Below, piece by piece: positions 47,949 to 58,623 of a DNA stretch of 64,000 nucleotides. The notes under the pieces are model-generated. The model worked only from the letters and a program-made list of their open reading frames with translations. It did not search any database and was not told where the DNA came from. Each line of letters starts with the position of its first letter. Within the stretch, counting starts at the first letter, position 1. The stretch covers positions 76,444 through 140,443 of the forward strand of contig CBDCTJ010000005.1 in assembly GCA_965222115.1 (NCBI GenBank), in the 5' to 3' direction. Made by a program: the position numbers and the translations under genes. The DNA is from Planctomycetota bacterium. Its GTDB lineage: Bacteria > Planctomycetota > PLA2 > JAEUHO01.

Positions 47949-49496
47949 ATGGGCGGTGTTCGTAGGTATGTTGATCGTATGGAAGTCGTACGCCCCCCGC
48001 GCCCCCTCCCGACCGTCGCCGCCTCCCTGCTCGCGGTATCTCTTGTGGCCTCTTCGCTCGCGTGCGGCGGCTGCGCCTCAGGCGTGAGCCGCATTCGCGA
48101 TGCGGGTGACAGTGCACTCGATACGCTCTCGCGATTGGGGGGCAGCAAGGACACGGGCAATCCGTTTATCCCCAACCAAGTCGCGGGTGGCGATCCCAAC
48201 GACCCAGGCCTACGCGGTCGCCGTGGCGGAACCACAGATGAACGCCTGAGTCGCGAGGAAGTTAACAAGTTGATTGCCGAGCGTCGCCGCCAAGGGGATG
48301 CACTCTGGCAGTCAGCCAATCGTGAACGCAATCCGTCGGACGCAGCAGTTCGGTTCAACGACTTCGCAGCGGGCGTCCCCGAACACCCGCGCGCGGCGGA
48401 GGCAAAGTACCGCCAAGGCCGCCGTCATTTTGATGCCGGCGAATATGACGCTGCGTTCGAATCACTTAAGACGTATATGCGCATCGCACCGGTCAATCCG
48501 CATCTAAAAGAAGTCGAAGAACTGATCTATCACTCGGGCATTCGGCACCTGCAGGGCGCGCGCTCCGGTTTCTTGGGGGGTGCGTTCAAGAACGACGATT
48601 CCGGGATTGAAGCGCTTAACTACATCCCCACACACTTTCCCGCAGGTGATCGCGCCGATGACGCCCTGCTTGCTTTGGCGCGCTACTACCAAAAGAAGCG
48701 CGACTATGACGCGTCGGTGTTGCGCTACAAGGAACTGTTGGTGCGCTACCCCAATAGCGAATGGAGCTTCCTGGCACGCATCGGCTTGGGGGATGTGTAT
48801 TTGGCTCGCGACAATGGTGAGCCCTATCACGCCGGCTACGTGGACCGCGATCCGCGCGAAAAGGTTCGCAAGGAAATGGCCAAACGCGCGGGCCATGTCA
48901 AGAGCGCCGGCGAGTTGGCCCTTGAGCAATACGAGTTCTTCCTACGACGCATTGAGCGTGATCCGGGCCGCAAAGCCGAGTACGCCAAGCACGTGGCCTA
49001 CGTCACAAAGCGCGTCCGTGAAGTCCGTACGGCATTGGCCGCCAAGGATCGTCGTATCGCAGCGTGGTATGCCTCGCATGGACAGCCTCAGGCTGCACGG
49101 CTCTATGAGCAGTCGGCGCGGCGTTGGCTCTCGGGCGAACAATCTGTCGGCGCAGCGTCCGAGTTTCGTGTAGCTCCGCAACCCTCAACGACCCCACCAG
49201 CGAGTACCCCCGCTATTGGCGTTCCGCCAACCCAAGTTCCTCCGGTACAGGTCCCCCCGGTTCAAATTCCGCCATCGCAGATCCCTCCGCGTCAGCTACC
49301 TCCCCCACAACCACCCGTTTCAATTCCACCGCCGGCGACGGGACCCGGTTCCGTAGTGCCCCCTTCCGCTCGCGGCCCCGGACCCGTTGTGCAGGTTGCG
49401 CCCCCACAGATCCAACCCACGCCAGTTCCAATGCGCCCAGCACCTTCACACACGCCAGTTCCACCGCCCCCGCCTCCGCCACCGTTGGCGCCGTAA
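47949..49496 (+). CDS. bamD: BamD-like TPR lipoprotein with proline-rich C-terminal tail
   Basis: Lipobox-like SLAC; TPRs (HPRAAEAKYR, RADDALLALARYY, YKELLVRYPNSEW); LAAKD..IA.WY; lies between recO and lptE. Start may be later. Confidence 0.7.
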   Translation: MGGVRRYVDRMEVVRPPRPLPTVAASLLAVSLVASSLACGGCASGVSRIRDAGDSALDTLSRLGGSKDTGNPFIPNQVAGGDPNDPGLRGRRGGTTDERLSREEVNKLIAERRRQGDALWQSANRERNPSDAAVRFNDFAAGVPEHPRAAEAKYRQGRRHFDAGEYDAAFESLKTYMRIAPVNPHLKEVEELIYHSGIRHLQGARSGFLGGAFKNDDSGIEALNYIPTHFPAGDRADDALLALARYYQKKRDYDASVLRYKELLVRYPNSEWSFLARIGLGDVYLARDNGEPYHAGYVDRDPREKVRKEMAKRAGHVKSAGELALEQYEFFLRRIERDPGRKAEYAKHVAYVTKRVREVRTALAAKDRRIAAWYASHGQPQAARLYEQSARRWLSGEQSVGAASEFRVAPQPSTTPPASTPAIGVPPTQVPPVQVPPVQIPPSQIPPRQLPPPQPPVSIPPPATGPGSVVPPSARGPGPVVQVAPPQIQPTPVPMRPAPSHTPVPPPPPPPPLAP

Positions 49497-49497
49497 C

Positions 49498-49998
49498 GTG
49501 TATCGTCGATTTGCCACTGTGTGTGCGCTCGTGGTCGCATGCGGTGTCGTCGTGGGTTGCGGCTACTCAACACGGCGACTGAACGACTTTCCTTCCGCCC
49601 GCACAGTTGCCGTCGTTCCGTTTACCAACACGGGGTTTCGTCGAGATCTTGAACTGGAGCTCACCCAGGCTGTGGTACGTGAGGTACGCGCGCGAACCGA
49701 CTTCGCTATCGGCCATCCATCACGCGCCGACCTCATCATCCGCGGTTCCACGACACCGGAAGAAGCTGCTACCGGACTGGGCCCCGATGGTCTCGTGTTT
49801 CAGCGTCGCTTGCTCGGCACACTCGAGGTGGAGGTCGTAGACCGCGCACGTGACAAGGTCGTCCGGCGTGCAACCCTCACTGCCAACGAGGAATTTCGCC
49901 CCCACCTTCCCAGTGAAGGACTCGACACGACGGCGCGAGAAGCATGGACGCGCCACATGGCGGAAAGGGTCGCGCAACTGCTTGAGCGGGGATTTTAA
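49498..49998 (+). CDS. lptE: LptE-family lipoprotein
   Basis: VVGCGY lipobox; RTVAVVPFTN..FRRDLELELTQAV. Confidence 0.78.
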   Translation: MYRRFATVCALVVACGVVVGCGYSTRRLNDFPSARTVAVVPFTNTGFRRDLELELTQAVVREVRARTDFAIGHPSRADLIIRGSTTPEEAATGLGPDGLVFQRRLLGTLEVEVVDRARDKVVRRATLTANEEFRPHLPSEGLDTTAREAWTRHMAERVAQLLERGF

Positions 49999-50148
49999 AC
50001 TGGGGGTAGTTCACGACGCGCGCACCGAGGAGTTACGAGGAATTGCAGCGCGTCCCCAGCTTTCTGAGCCGAATCGCCTGGGAAACTCGGGCCGGGTAAG
50101 GCAACCGTGCGTTGCCGCCCCAACCCTCGGGGGTAGACTTCCCCCGTT

Positions 50149-52161
50149 ATGACACAACCAGATGGAACGTCCCCGCCCGGGGCCCCCCAACGCCCGCGCC
50201 GGAACATTCCGATGCTCCTGCTGCTACTTGGCCTCGCCATGATTGCGGTCCTCGTTTTGGGCAGCAACCAGACCAAAACGCGCACGCTCGAAACGATGGC
50301 GCAAGTGGAAGAAATCCTCCAAGAGGGTTTCGCCAGCGAGCTCACCATCGTGGACGGGACGCGCGTGCGCGGCACGTTTCGTCCCTTGGGGAACAATCCT
50401 CACGTTCCCGCATACGAGGCGTTTGAACTCGCCTACACCGGCCCTCCTGAAAACTCTCCCATCACACCCGAACGGCTGGCTGCATGGGAGAAGTCGCTCG
50501 GCAAAGACGGAAAACTCAAGTACGAAACCACCAACACGGCCATGAAAGGTTTGCTCGCATTCCTGCCGTGGCTGGTGTTGATGCTGCTCTTTTGGTTCTT
50601 CATATTCCGTCAGATGCGCGGCATGGGTGGCAGTGGTGTGATGCAGTTCGGGCGCACGCGCGCCAAGATGCACATGAAGGAACAAACCGGCGTTTCATTT
50701 GACGACGTCGCAGGCATCGAAGAAGCGCTCTCGGAAGTGGGCGAAATCGTCGCCTTTCTCAAGTCGCCGCAGAAGTTCAAGACCATTGGTGCGCGCATAC
50801 CACGTGGTGTGCTGTTGGTCGGTCCTCCAGGTTGCGGCAAGACGCTGCTGGCCAAAGCCATCGCGGGCGAAGCCGACGTGCCGTTTTTCTCTGTATCTGG
50901 AAGTGACTTCGTGGAGATGTTCGTGGGCGTTGGCGCAAGCCGCGTGCGCGACCTCTTTCGGCAGGCGCGCGAGAACTCGCCGTGCATTATCTTCTTGGAT
51001 GAAATCGATGCCGTGGGTCGCAAGCGCGGCGCCGGGCTCGGCGGTGGCCACGACGAGCGTGAACAGACGTTGAATCAAATCCTGGTTGAGATGGACGGCT
51101 TCGATACCGACCAGGGCATCATCTTGTTGGCAGCAACCAACCGACCCGACGTGTTGGATCCTGCGCTGCTTCGCCCAGGTCGTTTTGATCGACAAATCGT
51201 GATCAATCTGCCGGACCTGAATGGACGCGAAAAGATCCTTCGGGTGCATGCACAGAAGGTCAAGATGGATCCGTCCATCGACCTAAAGCGCGTTGCACGA
51301 GCCACGCCAGGCTTTTCGGGTGCCGACTTGGAAGCGCTCATCAACGAGGGCGCGCTGATGGCGGTAACTGCCGGTCGCGACCGCGTCACGCTTGCCGACC
51401 TTGAAGAAGCCCGAGACAAGATCCGGTTCGGTCGCTCGCGCAAGAGCATGCTGATGACCGACGACGAGAAAAAGATCACGGCGTATCACGAGGCGGGGCA
51501 CGCGATTGTGACCGTGCTTGAGAAGAAGGCCGATCCGCTACACAAGGTCACCATCATCCCCCGCGGCATGGCATTGGGCGCCACCATGAGCTTGCCCGAA
51601 CGTGACCGCCACGGCATGTCCAAGAAGGAGATTTTGGCGCGCCTGCGTGTGCTCTATGGCGGCCGCGTCGCCGAAGAACTTGTGTGCGACGACGTGACGA
51701 GCGGCGCGCAAAATGACATCGAGCAGGCCACCGAACTTGCGCGATTGATGGTCACCAAGTGGGGTATGAGTGAGCGCGTGGGGCCGGTGTCGCTTGCAGA
51801 AGGCGAAGAGCACCTCTTCCTGGGGCGTGAGGTCACGCGCACGGTAGACCATGCGGAATCAACAGCCCAAGTAATCGATGCGGAGGTCAAACGCTTTCTC
51901 GTAGAAGCCCTGGAAGACACGCGCACGATGCTTCGTGAAAACTTGCCGGCACTGCATCGCGTATCGCAGGGGTTGTTGCGCTATGAAACGCTTTCGGCCG
52001 CCGAGGTGAAGACGCTGATTGAGGGTGGCGATCCGGACCTGCTGCGTCCCACACCGCCAACCCAACCACCCGTGCGTGAAGAGTCCACCATCGCACCGCC
52101 GTCGCGCAGTGAAGATCCGCTAACCGACGAAGGCGAAGGCCGGCCCGGGTTTGCCTACTAA
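50149..52161 (+). CDS. ftsH: ATP-dependent zinc metalloprotease FtsH
   Basis: Two TMs, [43 protein letters not shown]. Confidence 0.98.
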   Translation: MTQPDGTSPPGAPQRPRRNIPMLLLLLGLAMIAVLVLGSNQTKTRTLETMAQVEEILQEGFASELTIVDGTRVRGTFRPLGNNPHVPAYEAFELAYTGPPENSPITPERLAAWEKSLGKDGKLKYETTNTAMKGLLAFLPWLVLMLLFWFFIFRQMRGMGGSGVMQFGRTRAKMHMKEQTGVSFDDVAGIEEALSEVGEIVAFLKSPQKFKTIGARIPRGVLLVGPPGCGKTLLAKAIAGEADVPFFSVSGSDFVEMFVGVGASRVRDLFRQARENSPCIIFLDEIDAVGRKRGAGLGGGHDEREQTLNQILVEMDGFDTDQGIILLAATNRPDVLDPALLRPGRFDRQIVINLPDLNGREKILRVHAQKVKMDPSIDLKRVARATPGFSGADLEALINEGALMAVTAGRDRVTLADLEEARDKIRFGRSRKSMLMTDDEKKITAYHEAGHAIVTVLEKKADPLHKVTIIPRGMALGATMSLPERDRHGMSKKEILARLRVLYGGRVAEELVCDDVTSGAQNDIEQATELARLMVTKWGMSERVGPVSLAEGEEHLFLGREVTRTVDHAESTAQVIDAEVKRFLVEALEDTRTMLRENLPALHRVSQGLLRYETLSAAEVKTLIEGGDPDLLRPTPPTQPPVREESTIAPPSRSEDPLTDEGEGRPGFAY

Positions 52162-52993
52162 CGCGAACGGGTTCACGATTCCCTCGTTGTGGGGGATCAT
52201 CAACGCCACGCCAGATTCCTTCAGCGACGGTGGCAAGTACGAAAGCACCGAGCGTGCAATCGACCATGGATTGCGCCTAGTGCGCGACGGGGCGAACGTA
52301 CTCGACGTGGGCGGTGAGAGCACGCGTCCAGGAGCACGCCCGGTATCGCCTGCGGAAGAAATCGACCGCGTCTGCCCCGTCGTGGTCGGCCTGCTCGAAG
52401 CGGGCGTCACACGACCGATCAGCGTTGATACGAGACATTGCGATGTTGCAAAGGCGGCGCTCGACGCAGGAGCCTCCATCATCAACGACGTGTCGGCGGG
52501 CGCGGATCGTGGGATGTTTGAAACTGTGGCCAGCGCGAAGGCGTCTATGGTGCTCATGCATATGCGAGGCATACCCGAGACCATGCAAGATGACCCACGT
52601 TACGACGACGTCGTAAATGAGATCGGTGACGCGTTGCACGAACGCGCAGGGCTCGCTGTCGCCGCAGGCATCAAACGCGAGCGCCTGTGGATCGATCCCG
52701 GCATCGGATTCGGGAAGACCATCGCTCACAATGTGACGCTCTTGCGCGAACTCGAGTCGCTGATGGCGCGGGGGCTACGGGTTCTTATCGGAACATCGCG
52801 CAAGTCGTTTCTGGGCCAACTTGTGGGCGGTCGCCCCACACACGAACGACTTGCGGGAACGCTGGCCACGCTGGCGCGGGCCTACGACGCGGGCGTACAG
52901 GCCGTTCGCATCCACGACGTACGTGCCGCGCACGACTTTCTCGTCACATACGACGCACTGACAAGCGCGAAGGCGGCGGCCGACAACACGTGA
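52151..52993 (+). CDS. folP: Dihydropteroate synthase
   Basis: GIINATPDSFSDGG, DVGGESTRPG, INDVS, DPGIGFGK, SRKSF, RIHDV. Exact start uncertain. Confidence 0.96.
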   Translation: MPTNANGFTIPSLWGIINATPDSFSDGGKYESTERAIDHGLRLVRDGANVLDVGGESTRPGARPVSPAEEIDRVCPVVVGLLEAGVTRPISVDTRHCDVAKAALDAGASIINDVSAGADRGMFETVASAKASMVLMHMRGIPETMQDDPRYDDVVNEIGDALHERAGLAVAAGIKRERLWIDPGIGFGKTIAHNVTLLRELESLMARGLRVLIGTSRKSFLGQLVGGRPTHERLAGTLATLARAYDAGVQAVRIHDVRAAHDFLVTYDALTSAKAAADNT

Positions 52994-53082
52994 ACGGAAC
53001 TCGTGCCGGGCCAACCGAAGAATGAGTGCTCAGGGTCGCGACAGTTCCAGGTAGCATTCGAGGTGTGACGCATCCGTCTTCA

Positions 53083-53943
53083 ATGGCGACCTGGCTTTCG
53101 CTGGATCTAAGTGAGTGGCTGGAGGTCGCCGTCCTCTTTGCGGCGATCTATCTACTGCTGCGCTTTCTTCGGCAAACGATCGCGGGCGGGGTGTTTCGCG
53201 GCCCGGCCATGCTTGTTTGGATCGTGGTGTTTGGTTTGTTCTGGCTGCTGCGCACTCTCAACCTCGACACGCTTGCGCTGTTGGCCAAGCGCGCGCTCCC
53301 CGTGTTCCTGCTCGCCATGGTGGTAACATTCCAAACCGAATTGCGACACGGTATTGCACGCTTGGGCGATGCATCGTGGTGGCGTGGGCTCTTTGGTCGC
53401 AAGAGTGACGACCATAAGTCAAGACCGGAAGCCACGGAAATCGTGAACGCGCTCAAGCGTCTTACGCAAGAAAAGGTGGGCGCACTCATTGCGCTCGAAC
53501 GCAATATTGAACTCACCACCTACATCGACACCGGCGTGCCGATGGACGCGATCATTCGATCCGAAACGCTGACCTCCATTTTCAATGTCAATACGGTCCT
53601 GCACGACGGCGCCGTCGTCGTGCGACGTGGGCGCATCGCCGCTGCCGGCTGCTTGTTTCCGCTCACCGAGCGTCCGCAATTTCCACGGAGTTTTGGCACG
53701 CGCCACCGCGCGGGTATCGGGCTCAGTGAACTATCGGATGCATTGATACTCGTGGCGTCCGAGGAAACCGGCGACATCAGCTTGGTGGAGCGCGGCGACC
53801 TTATTACCCGCCCCACGTGGAAACATATCTTGCAACGAATCAATAGCGTGTTCGCGGAAGGCGGTGTGGGAACGCCCACTCACACCCGCCCCAAGAAACA
53901 CACATCCATGCAACGAACGCGAACGAGCCCGGAACCCTCATAA
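53083..53943 (+). CDS. cdaA: Diadenylate cyclase CdaA/DacA
   Basis: Three N-terminal TMs, FQTELR, GALI, LHDGA, GTRHRA, SEETG. Confidence 0.93.
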   Translation: MATWLSLDLSEWLEVAVLFAAIYLLLRFLRQTIAGGVFRGPAMLVWIVVFGLFWLLRTLNLDTLALLAKRALPVFLLAMVVTFQTELRHGIARLGDASWWRGLFGRKSDDHKSRPEATEIVNALKRLTQEKVGALIALERNIELTTYIDTGVPMDAIIRSETLTSIFNVNTVLHDGAVVVRRGRIAAAGCLFPLTERPQFPRSFGTRHRAGIGLSELSDALILVASEETGDISLVERGDLITRPTWKHILQRINSVFAEGGVGTPTHTRPKKHTSMQRTRTSPEPS

Positions 53944-53967
53944 CGGGAACCTCATGTCGGAACTCCT

Positions 53968-55134
53968 ATGACCACGCCTTCCGTAACGCTTGAAACCAAA
54001 CGCCCCGCACCGGAGCCGCGTCCGTCGCGGTGGTCCCTCTCTCGCTTCTTTGGCCGTGAGTGGAGCCTCTTGCTGTTGGCTGCCATCTTGACCGCCATCG
54101 TGTGGGACACGATGCGCAACGAAGTCATGGAGCGTGAGACCGTGAGCATGCCACTCGTGCTCCCCAAGGAGCACGTGGTGCTCTTTGATCGACCCGTCAA
54201 TGAAATCGAATTGGCGTTTGATTGCCCCAAGTCGAAACTTCGTGCGATTCGAAAGAACCTTGCGCACGAGGAAGGACGCCCACGGCTTGCAGTTGGCGGG
54301 TTGCCCACGAGCGGAAGCCGCCCACTGAGCGACGGAATGGATCGCATCGTGATTCCGTTTGAAGAACGCTTTCTGCAAGGCCAAAAAGCACCAACGATCG
54401 AGAGCTTACGCATTAGCGGTTGGGTGTATCGCCTCGTCCCAACGGCTGTCACGTTCGAATCGCCCGCGTACACCCCCGAGAGCGAAGCGCTGCTCAAAGA
54501 ACGAAATTTGGAAGCAACCATTCGCATCTCACCGCAGACTGAGACGATTGACGCACCGCAAAATGGTATGGATGCCACGATCGCGCCCGATCCGATCGAC
54601 ATCAGGCCATTCTTGGCGTCCAGCGCCACAGTCGCGAACGACCTCGGCCCTATTTCCCTGACGTTTCTCAACTGGAGAGAGGCGACGGGGAGGGGACCCG
54701 CGATTCAAACGTGGCGAAGCCAAGTGAATTTGCCGGACAACTTGACTGCCACGCTGACGCTTCGAAAGCGAATTCGAAAAGCCATAGTCAACGACGTCGT
54801 ATTCATGATTCCGGATGCCGGCCGGTACGAATTCAACCTCGACTCCTTGCCCAAGCGGCCCCAGGCAACGACCAAGTATGAGGGTCAGTTGACGGGCGCC
54901 AAAGACGTGTTGGATACGTTGGTCAGTGCCAAGGGTCTCAAGACGTGGTACTGGGGCATACGTCTAAGTGATCTAAGTAAATTGCCTCAATCAACGTCAG
55001 ACGGAGAGAAAGCCATACTCGCGTTCATTGAGTGGGTTCCGCTACCCGAAGCACAGAATAAAGACGTCGCGTTCGCTCCCGGCGACCCCACCGACCGCGA
55101 GTTCATGCTCAAGATAAAGCGACGTTCCGAATAG
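53968..55134 (+). CDS. CdaR/YbbR-like membrane-anchored protein
   Basis: Single N-terminal TM (LLLLAAILTAIVW) then beta-rich domains; directly after cdaA. Assignment is largely positional. Confidence 0.5.
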   Translation: MTTPSVTLETKRPAPEPRPSRWSLSRFFGREWSLLLLAAILTAIVWDTMRNEVMERETVSMPLVLPKEHVVLFDRPVNEIELAFDCPKSKLRAIRKNLAHEEGRPRLAVGGLPTSGSRPLSDGMDRIVIPFEERFLQGQKAPTIESLRISGWVYRLVPTAVTFESPAYTPESEALLKERNLEATIRISPQTETIDAPQNGMDATIAPDPIDIRPFLASSATVANDLGPISLTFLNWREATGRGPAIQTWRSQVNLPDNLTATLTLRKRIRKAIVNDVVFMIPDAGRYEFNLDSLPKRPQATTKYEGQLTGAKDVLDTLVSAKGLKTWYWGIRLSDLSKLPQSTSDGEKAILAFIEWVPLPEAQNKDVAFAPGDPTDREFMLKIKRRSE

Positions 55135-55141
55135 GGTAGCG

Positions 55142-56512
55142 CTACGACGACGTGTGTTCGTCGGAGGTTGCTGATCGAGCCACGTCGGCGAGTGCATTGA
55201 CGGCACGCGTGACCAAGGCGTCATCTTTGCCTTCGGCCATGATGCGAAGCAGGGGCTCTGTACCGCTGTAGCGAATAACGAGTCGTCCAACGCCGTCGAG
55301 TAGCGCCTCTTGGCGCTTCATCTCTTCCTGAAACGCCGGCCACGCATCCAAAGGACGGCGTGCATCCATGCGCACATTGACCAGAATCTGTGGGACCCGT
55401 GCGCGGAGCGACCCGGCTTCGGCCACCGATAGGCCCGCGGCCAAGATCTCTTGAAGTACGCGCACGCCCGCCACGAGTCCGTCCCCGATCAGCACGGAGG
55501 CGCCCAAGTCTTCGCGCGGCATGACCACATGGCCGCTGGGTTCACCGCCGAGGCAGGATCCGTGTTCGCGCATGCGCGTGGCCACGTTGCGATCCCCCAC
55601 CGCGGCGCGAACCAGTTTGACGGATCGCCGTCCGAGAAACTCTTCGAGACCGAGATTGGACATGACCGTGGACACAACGGTGTCGCCGGGCACGCCCCCA
55701 CGACGCTGATGACCCGTCGCCAATAAAGCGAGCATGTCATCCCCGTCGAGCGTGGTGCCATCACTGGCGCCAACCACCACACGGTCCGCGTCGCCATCAA
55801 AGGCAAGCCCAACGGCGTGGGGATGACGGGCAAGTTCGGCCAACCAACGTGCAGTGTGCTCGCTGCCGCAATCGTCGTTGATGGTGCGGGAACCCATCTC
55901 GTGCATCGTGGTTACGCGCGCACCAAGCGTCTTAAGTACCGTGGCGGCTGTGGTTGAAGCCGCCCCTGCGGCAAGATCCAACACGACGTGGACATCGTCA
56001 AGCGTACCAAAGGATGACAACCAGGAACTCGTCCACCGTGCGTAGCGTCCGGCCGCCTCGTCGCCTGCGCTCAGTACGCCACGCCACTTTGCCGTGGGTG
56101 AGGCCTGATGGGCCTCGTCCATAAGCGTTTCTACGTCGCGCTCCTGCTCAACGCTAAGTTTGCTACCGCACGCAAGAAACGGTTTAATGCCGTTGTAGTC
56201 GGATGGATTGTGAGACGCGCTGAGCATGCAGCCCAGGTCGAATCCACCGTCCACCACGTGCCAGGCGAGTGCGGGCGTAGGCAACACGCCAAGATCGATC
56301 ACGTCGGCGCCCGCAGCTTCCATATTGGCGGCAAGCATACGGGATAGCACTTGACCACTGGGGCGTGTATCGCGCGCCAGTACAATGCGTGGACGGCCGG
56401 CAGACCGCGAGGCGAACTGGGCGAGTGCCCATCCCACGCGCGCCACGATGGCGGGCGCGAGACGTCCTTCGCCTGCCACATCTCGTATCCCATCGGTGCC
56501 GAAATAGCGCAG
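55142..56512 (-). CDS. glmM: Phosphoglucosamine mutase
   Basis: YFGTDGIR, RDTRPSG, SASHNP, FDGDADR, TVMSNLG, GGEPSGH, RYSGTEPLLRIMAEG. Start placed at CTG 56512 behind AGGAG (alternative ATG 56620). Confidence 0.93.
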   Translation of the reverse strand: MRYFGTDGIRDVAGEGRLAPAIVARVGWALAQFASRSAGRPRIVLARDTRPSGQVLSRMLAANMEAAGADVIDLGVLPTPALAWHVVDGGFDLGCMLSASHNPSDYNGIKPFLACGSKLSVEQERDVETLMDEAHQASPTAKWRGVLSAGDEAAGRYARWTSSWLSSFGTLDDVHVVLDLAAGAASTTAATVLKTLGARVTTMHEMGSRTINDDCGSEHTARWLAELARHPHAVGLAFDGDADRVVVGASDGTTLDGDDMLALLATGHQRRGGVPGDTVVSTVMSNLGLEEFLGRRSVKLVRAAVGDRNVATRMREHGSCLGGEPSGHVVMPREDLGASVLIGDGLVAGVRVLQEILAAGLSVAEAGSLRARVPQILVNVRMDARRPLDAWPAFQEEMKRQEALLDGVGRLVIRYSGTEPLLRIMAEGKDDALVTRAVNALADVARSATSDEHTSS

Positions 56513-56741
56513 TTTGGGCTCCTGTGTCTCGTACGCGGGTCTCGCCGCATGACCCCCTTTCGCTTGACGCAAGGGCTCACGCGGGGACCGTATCTGACCG
56601 GACACAGAAGTATCAACCATTTGCCTACTCGCGAATCGAGGAGATGTTCCGAACGGCACCGCGTGTCGCGGATCCTGCCGTAGGATCTCGTCGGCCAGAG
56701 GGGTGCGCTGGCCCCAGCCTCTTTTTCCTGGGAGTGGCCAA

Positions 56742-57428
56742 ATGGGCATTCTGGTCCTTACAGCGAGCACATCTGGAGCGGAAATCGGTGTTGCCACGTC
56801 AAATCAGGGCAACTGGGCGATTACACATGTGGAACGCACGGAGCGGCGTCGGGGACGCGACCTGCTCGCACTCGTCAAGCGCGCCACGATCGAAGCCGGC
56901 ATCCGTCGGTCCGACCTTCGGGGGGTTATCGTCGATCGTGGTCCCGGGAGCTTTACCGGTGTACGCCTCGCGGTGACGGTTGCCAAGACGCTTGGCTATG
57001 CGCTTTCCATACCGGTGACACCGGTGAATAGTCTCGAAGCCATGGCCGCAAGCCCGGCGAGCCGACGTCCCACGATGTGCGTCGTGGATGCCGGTCGCGG
57101 TACTTGCTATGCCGGAATCTATGGCGGCGCGAAATCGGATGACGCCTCACACCTCGCCGTGCGATTCGCACCAGCACGTGTACCCGATGCCGACGTAATT
57201 CGTCTCAGTCATGAACATCGCTGCCTCACGCCGAATCCGGAACAGATGGTGCAGCGTATGCCTTCTGTGTCGTGGTCGCACGCGGCGCCCCGCGCCGAGG
57301 GTGTACTCGCAGCGGGCATCGGTAGGCACACGGAAACGTTTGATGGTTCTTCCGTCCACGCCCTGGTACCGCTATACCTACAAGCATCGGCGCCGGAACA
57401 AAAGCTCGACGCCCCGAACTCGTCGTAG
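56742..57428 (+). CDS. tsaB: tRNA threonylcarbamoyladenosine biosynthesis protein TsaB
   Basis: GPGSFTGVR..V.VAKTLG, VNSLEAMA, DAGRG..Y, LVPLYL. Confidence 0.9.
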   Translation: MGILVLTASTSGAEIGVATSNQGNWAITHVERTERRRGRDLLALVKRATIEAGIRRSDLRGVIVDRGPGSFTGVRLAVTVAKTLGYALSIPVTPVNSLEAMAASPASRRPTMCVVDAGRGTCYAGIYGGAKSDDASHLAVRFAPARVPDADVIRLSHEHRCLTPNPEQMVQRMPSVSWSHAAPRAEGVLAAGIGRHTETFDGSSVHALVPLYLQASAPEQKLDAPNSS

Positions 57429-57442
57429 CTGAAAGGCAGCAC

Positions 57443-58594
57443 TTGCTTCACGCACGTACCTGGGCCGATGTGGACCTCCATGCCATCTCGCACAACATCA
57501 ATGTGTTGCGTGATGCATTGCGGCCCGATATAGCGCTACTACCGGTCACAAAGGCCGACGCCTATGGACACGGCGCCATTGCCATTGCGTGGCACCTGAC
57601 GCGCCTGGGTGTATATGGCCTTGGTGTGGGCGATTCAACGGAGGCGTTGGAGCTACGCGCCGCAGGCATCACATCGCCAATATTGATTCTCGGCGCCATC
57701 GTGCGGGGCGAACTCGATGACGTATTGCGCGGCGGCATTCAAGTCACTGTTCACGCTGAGGACCGAGTGGAGGCGCTTCGCGAACAAGCGCGGCGCAGCG
57801 CTTCAACGGTGGATGTGCATTTGAAAGTCGATACAGGCATGGGTCGCCTTGGCTGCCAACCGTCTCGCGCCATTTCTATTGCCAAAGCAGTTCGGGATGC
57901 CAAGCAAGTGAATCTAGTTGGAATCGCGACGCATCTCGCTGACGCTCGTGAGGACGGCGGTGAATCGGCATTGCGGCAAATGCGCTTGTTTGCCTCGGTG
58001 TGTGACAGCTTAGATGACGCGGGGCTGCTCCCGGCTTGGCGACACACATTCGCAAGCGGCGCCGCGATGAGTGTCTTGCCACCCGAGTGCAATCTCATTC
58101 GACCCGGCCTAAGCGTGTACGGGATTGCGCCGCATCGTTCTCAGATTGAGTCGACACAGCTTCAACCCGCATTGGCATGGCGCACGCAGATCGTGTTCCT
58201 AAAAGACCATGAAACGGGCACCGACATTGGCTACGGCGGCACCTGGACTGCGCCACGCGCAAGCCGTATCGCCACGCTGCCCGTCGGCTACAACGACGGC
58301 TATCGATTCGCCTTTTCCAACACCGCCGATGTGCTGATTCGTGGAATCCGCGTACCGGTGGTAGGCCGCGTTTCGATGGACTACATCTGTATTGACGTAA
58401 CCGATGTTCCCGGCGCACAGGTCGGCGATGTCGTCACACTGTTGGGACGTGACGGGGACCAGTCGATTTCGGTTTGGGACTTGGCGGACTACGCAAACAC
58501 GATTCCTTACGAAATCCTGTGCGGCATAGGCCGACGCGTGAAGCGGCGTTACACCGGTGGTGACGGTAGTGAACCAAAGCAGAACTTCATTTAG
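57443..58594 (+). CDS. alr: Alanine racemase
   Basis: VTKADAYGHG, HLKVDTGMGRLG, IRPG..YG, GYNDG, GRVSMD, TIPYEI. Confidence 0.96.
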   Translation: MLHARTWADVDLHAISHNINVLRDALRPDIALLPVTKADAYGHGAIAIAWHLTRLGVYGLGVGDSTEALELRAAGITSPILILGAIVRGELDDVLRGGIQVTVHAEDRVEALREQARRSASTVDVHLKVDTGMGRLGCQPSRAISIAKAVRDAKQVNLVGIATHLADAREDGGESALRQMRLFASVCDSLDDAGLLPAWRHTFASGAAMSVLPPECNLIRPGLSVYGIAPHRSQIESTQLQPALAWRTQIVFLKDHETGTDIGYGGTWTAPRASRIATLPVGYNDGYRFAFSNTADVLIRGIRVPVVGRVSMDYICIDVTDVPGAQVGDVVTLLGRDGDQSISVWDLADYANTIPYEILCGIGRRVKRRYTGGDGSEPKQNFI

Positions 58595-58623
58595 ACGCAC
58601 AAGGCCGCAGTCGATAGGGGTCC

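Noticed and set aside
56513-56797. 95-aa N-terminal extension of GlmM in the ORF track
   Set aside because: It overlaps the divergent tsaB start and shows no GlmM-like sequence; the conserved protein begins at YFGTDG.
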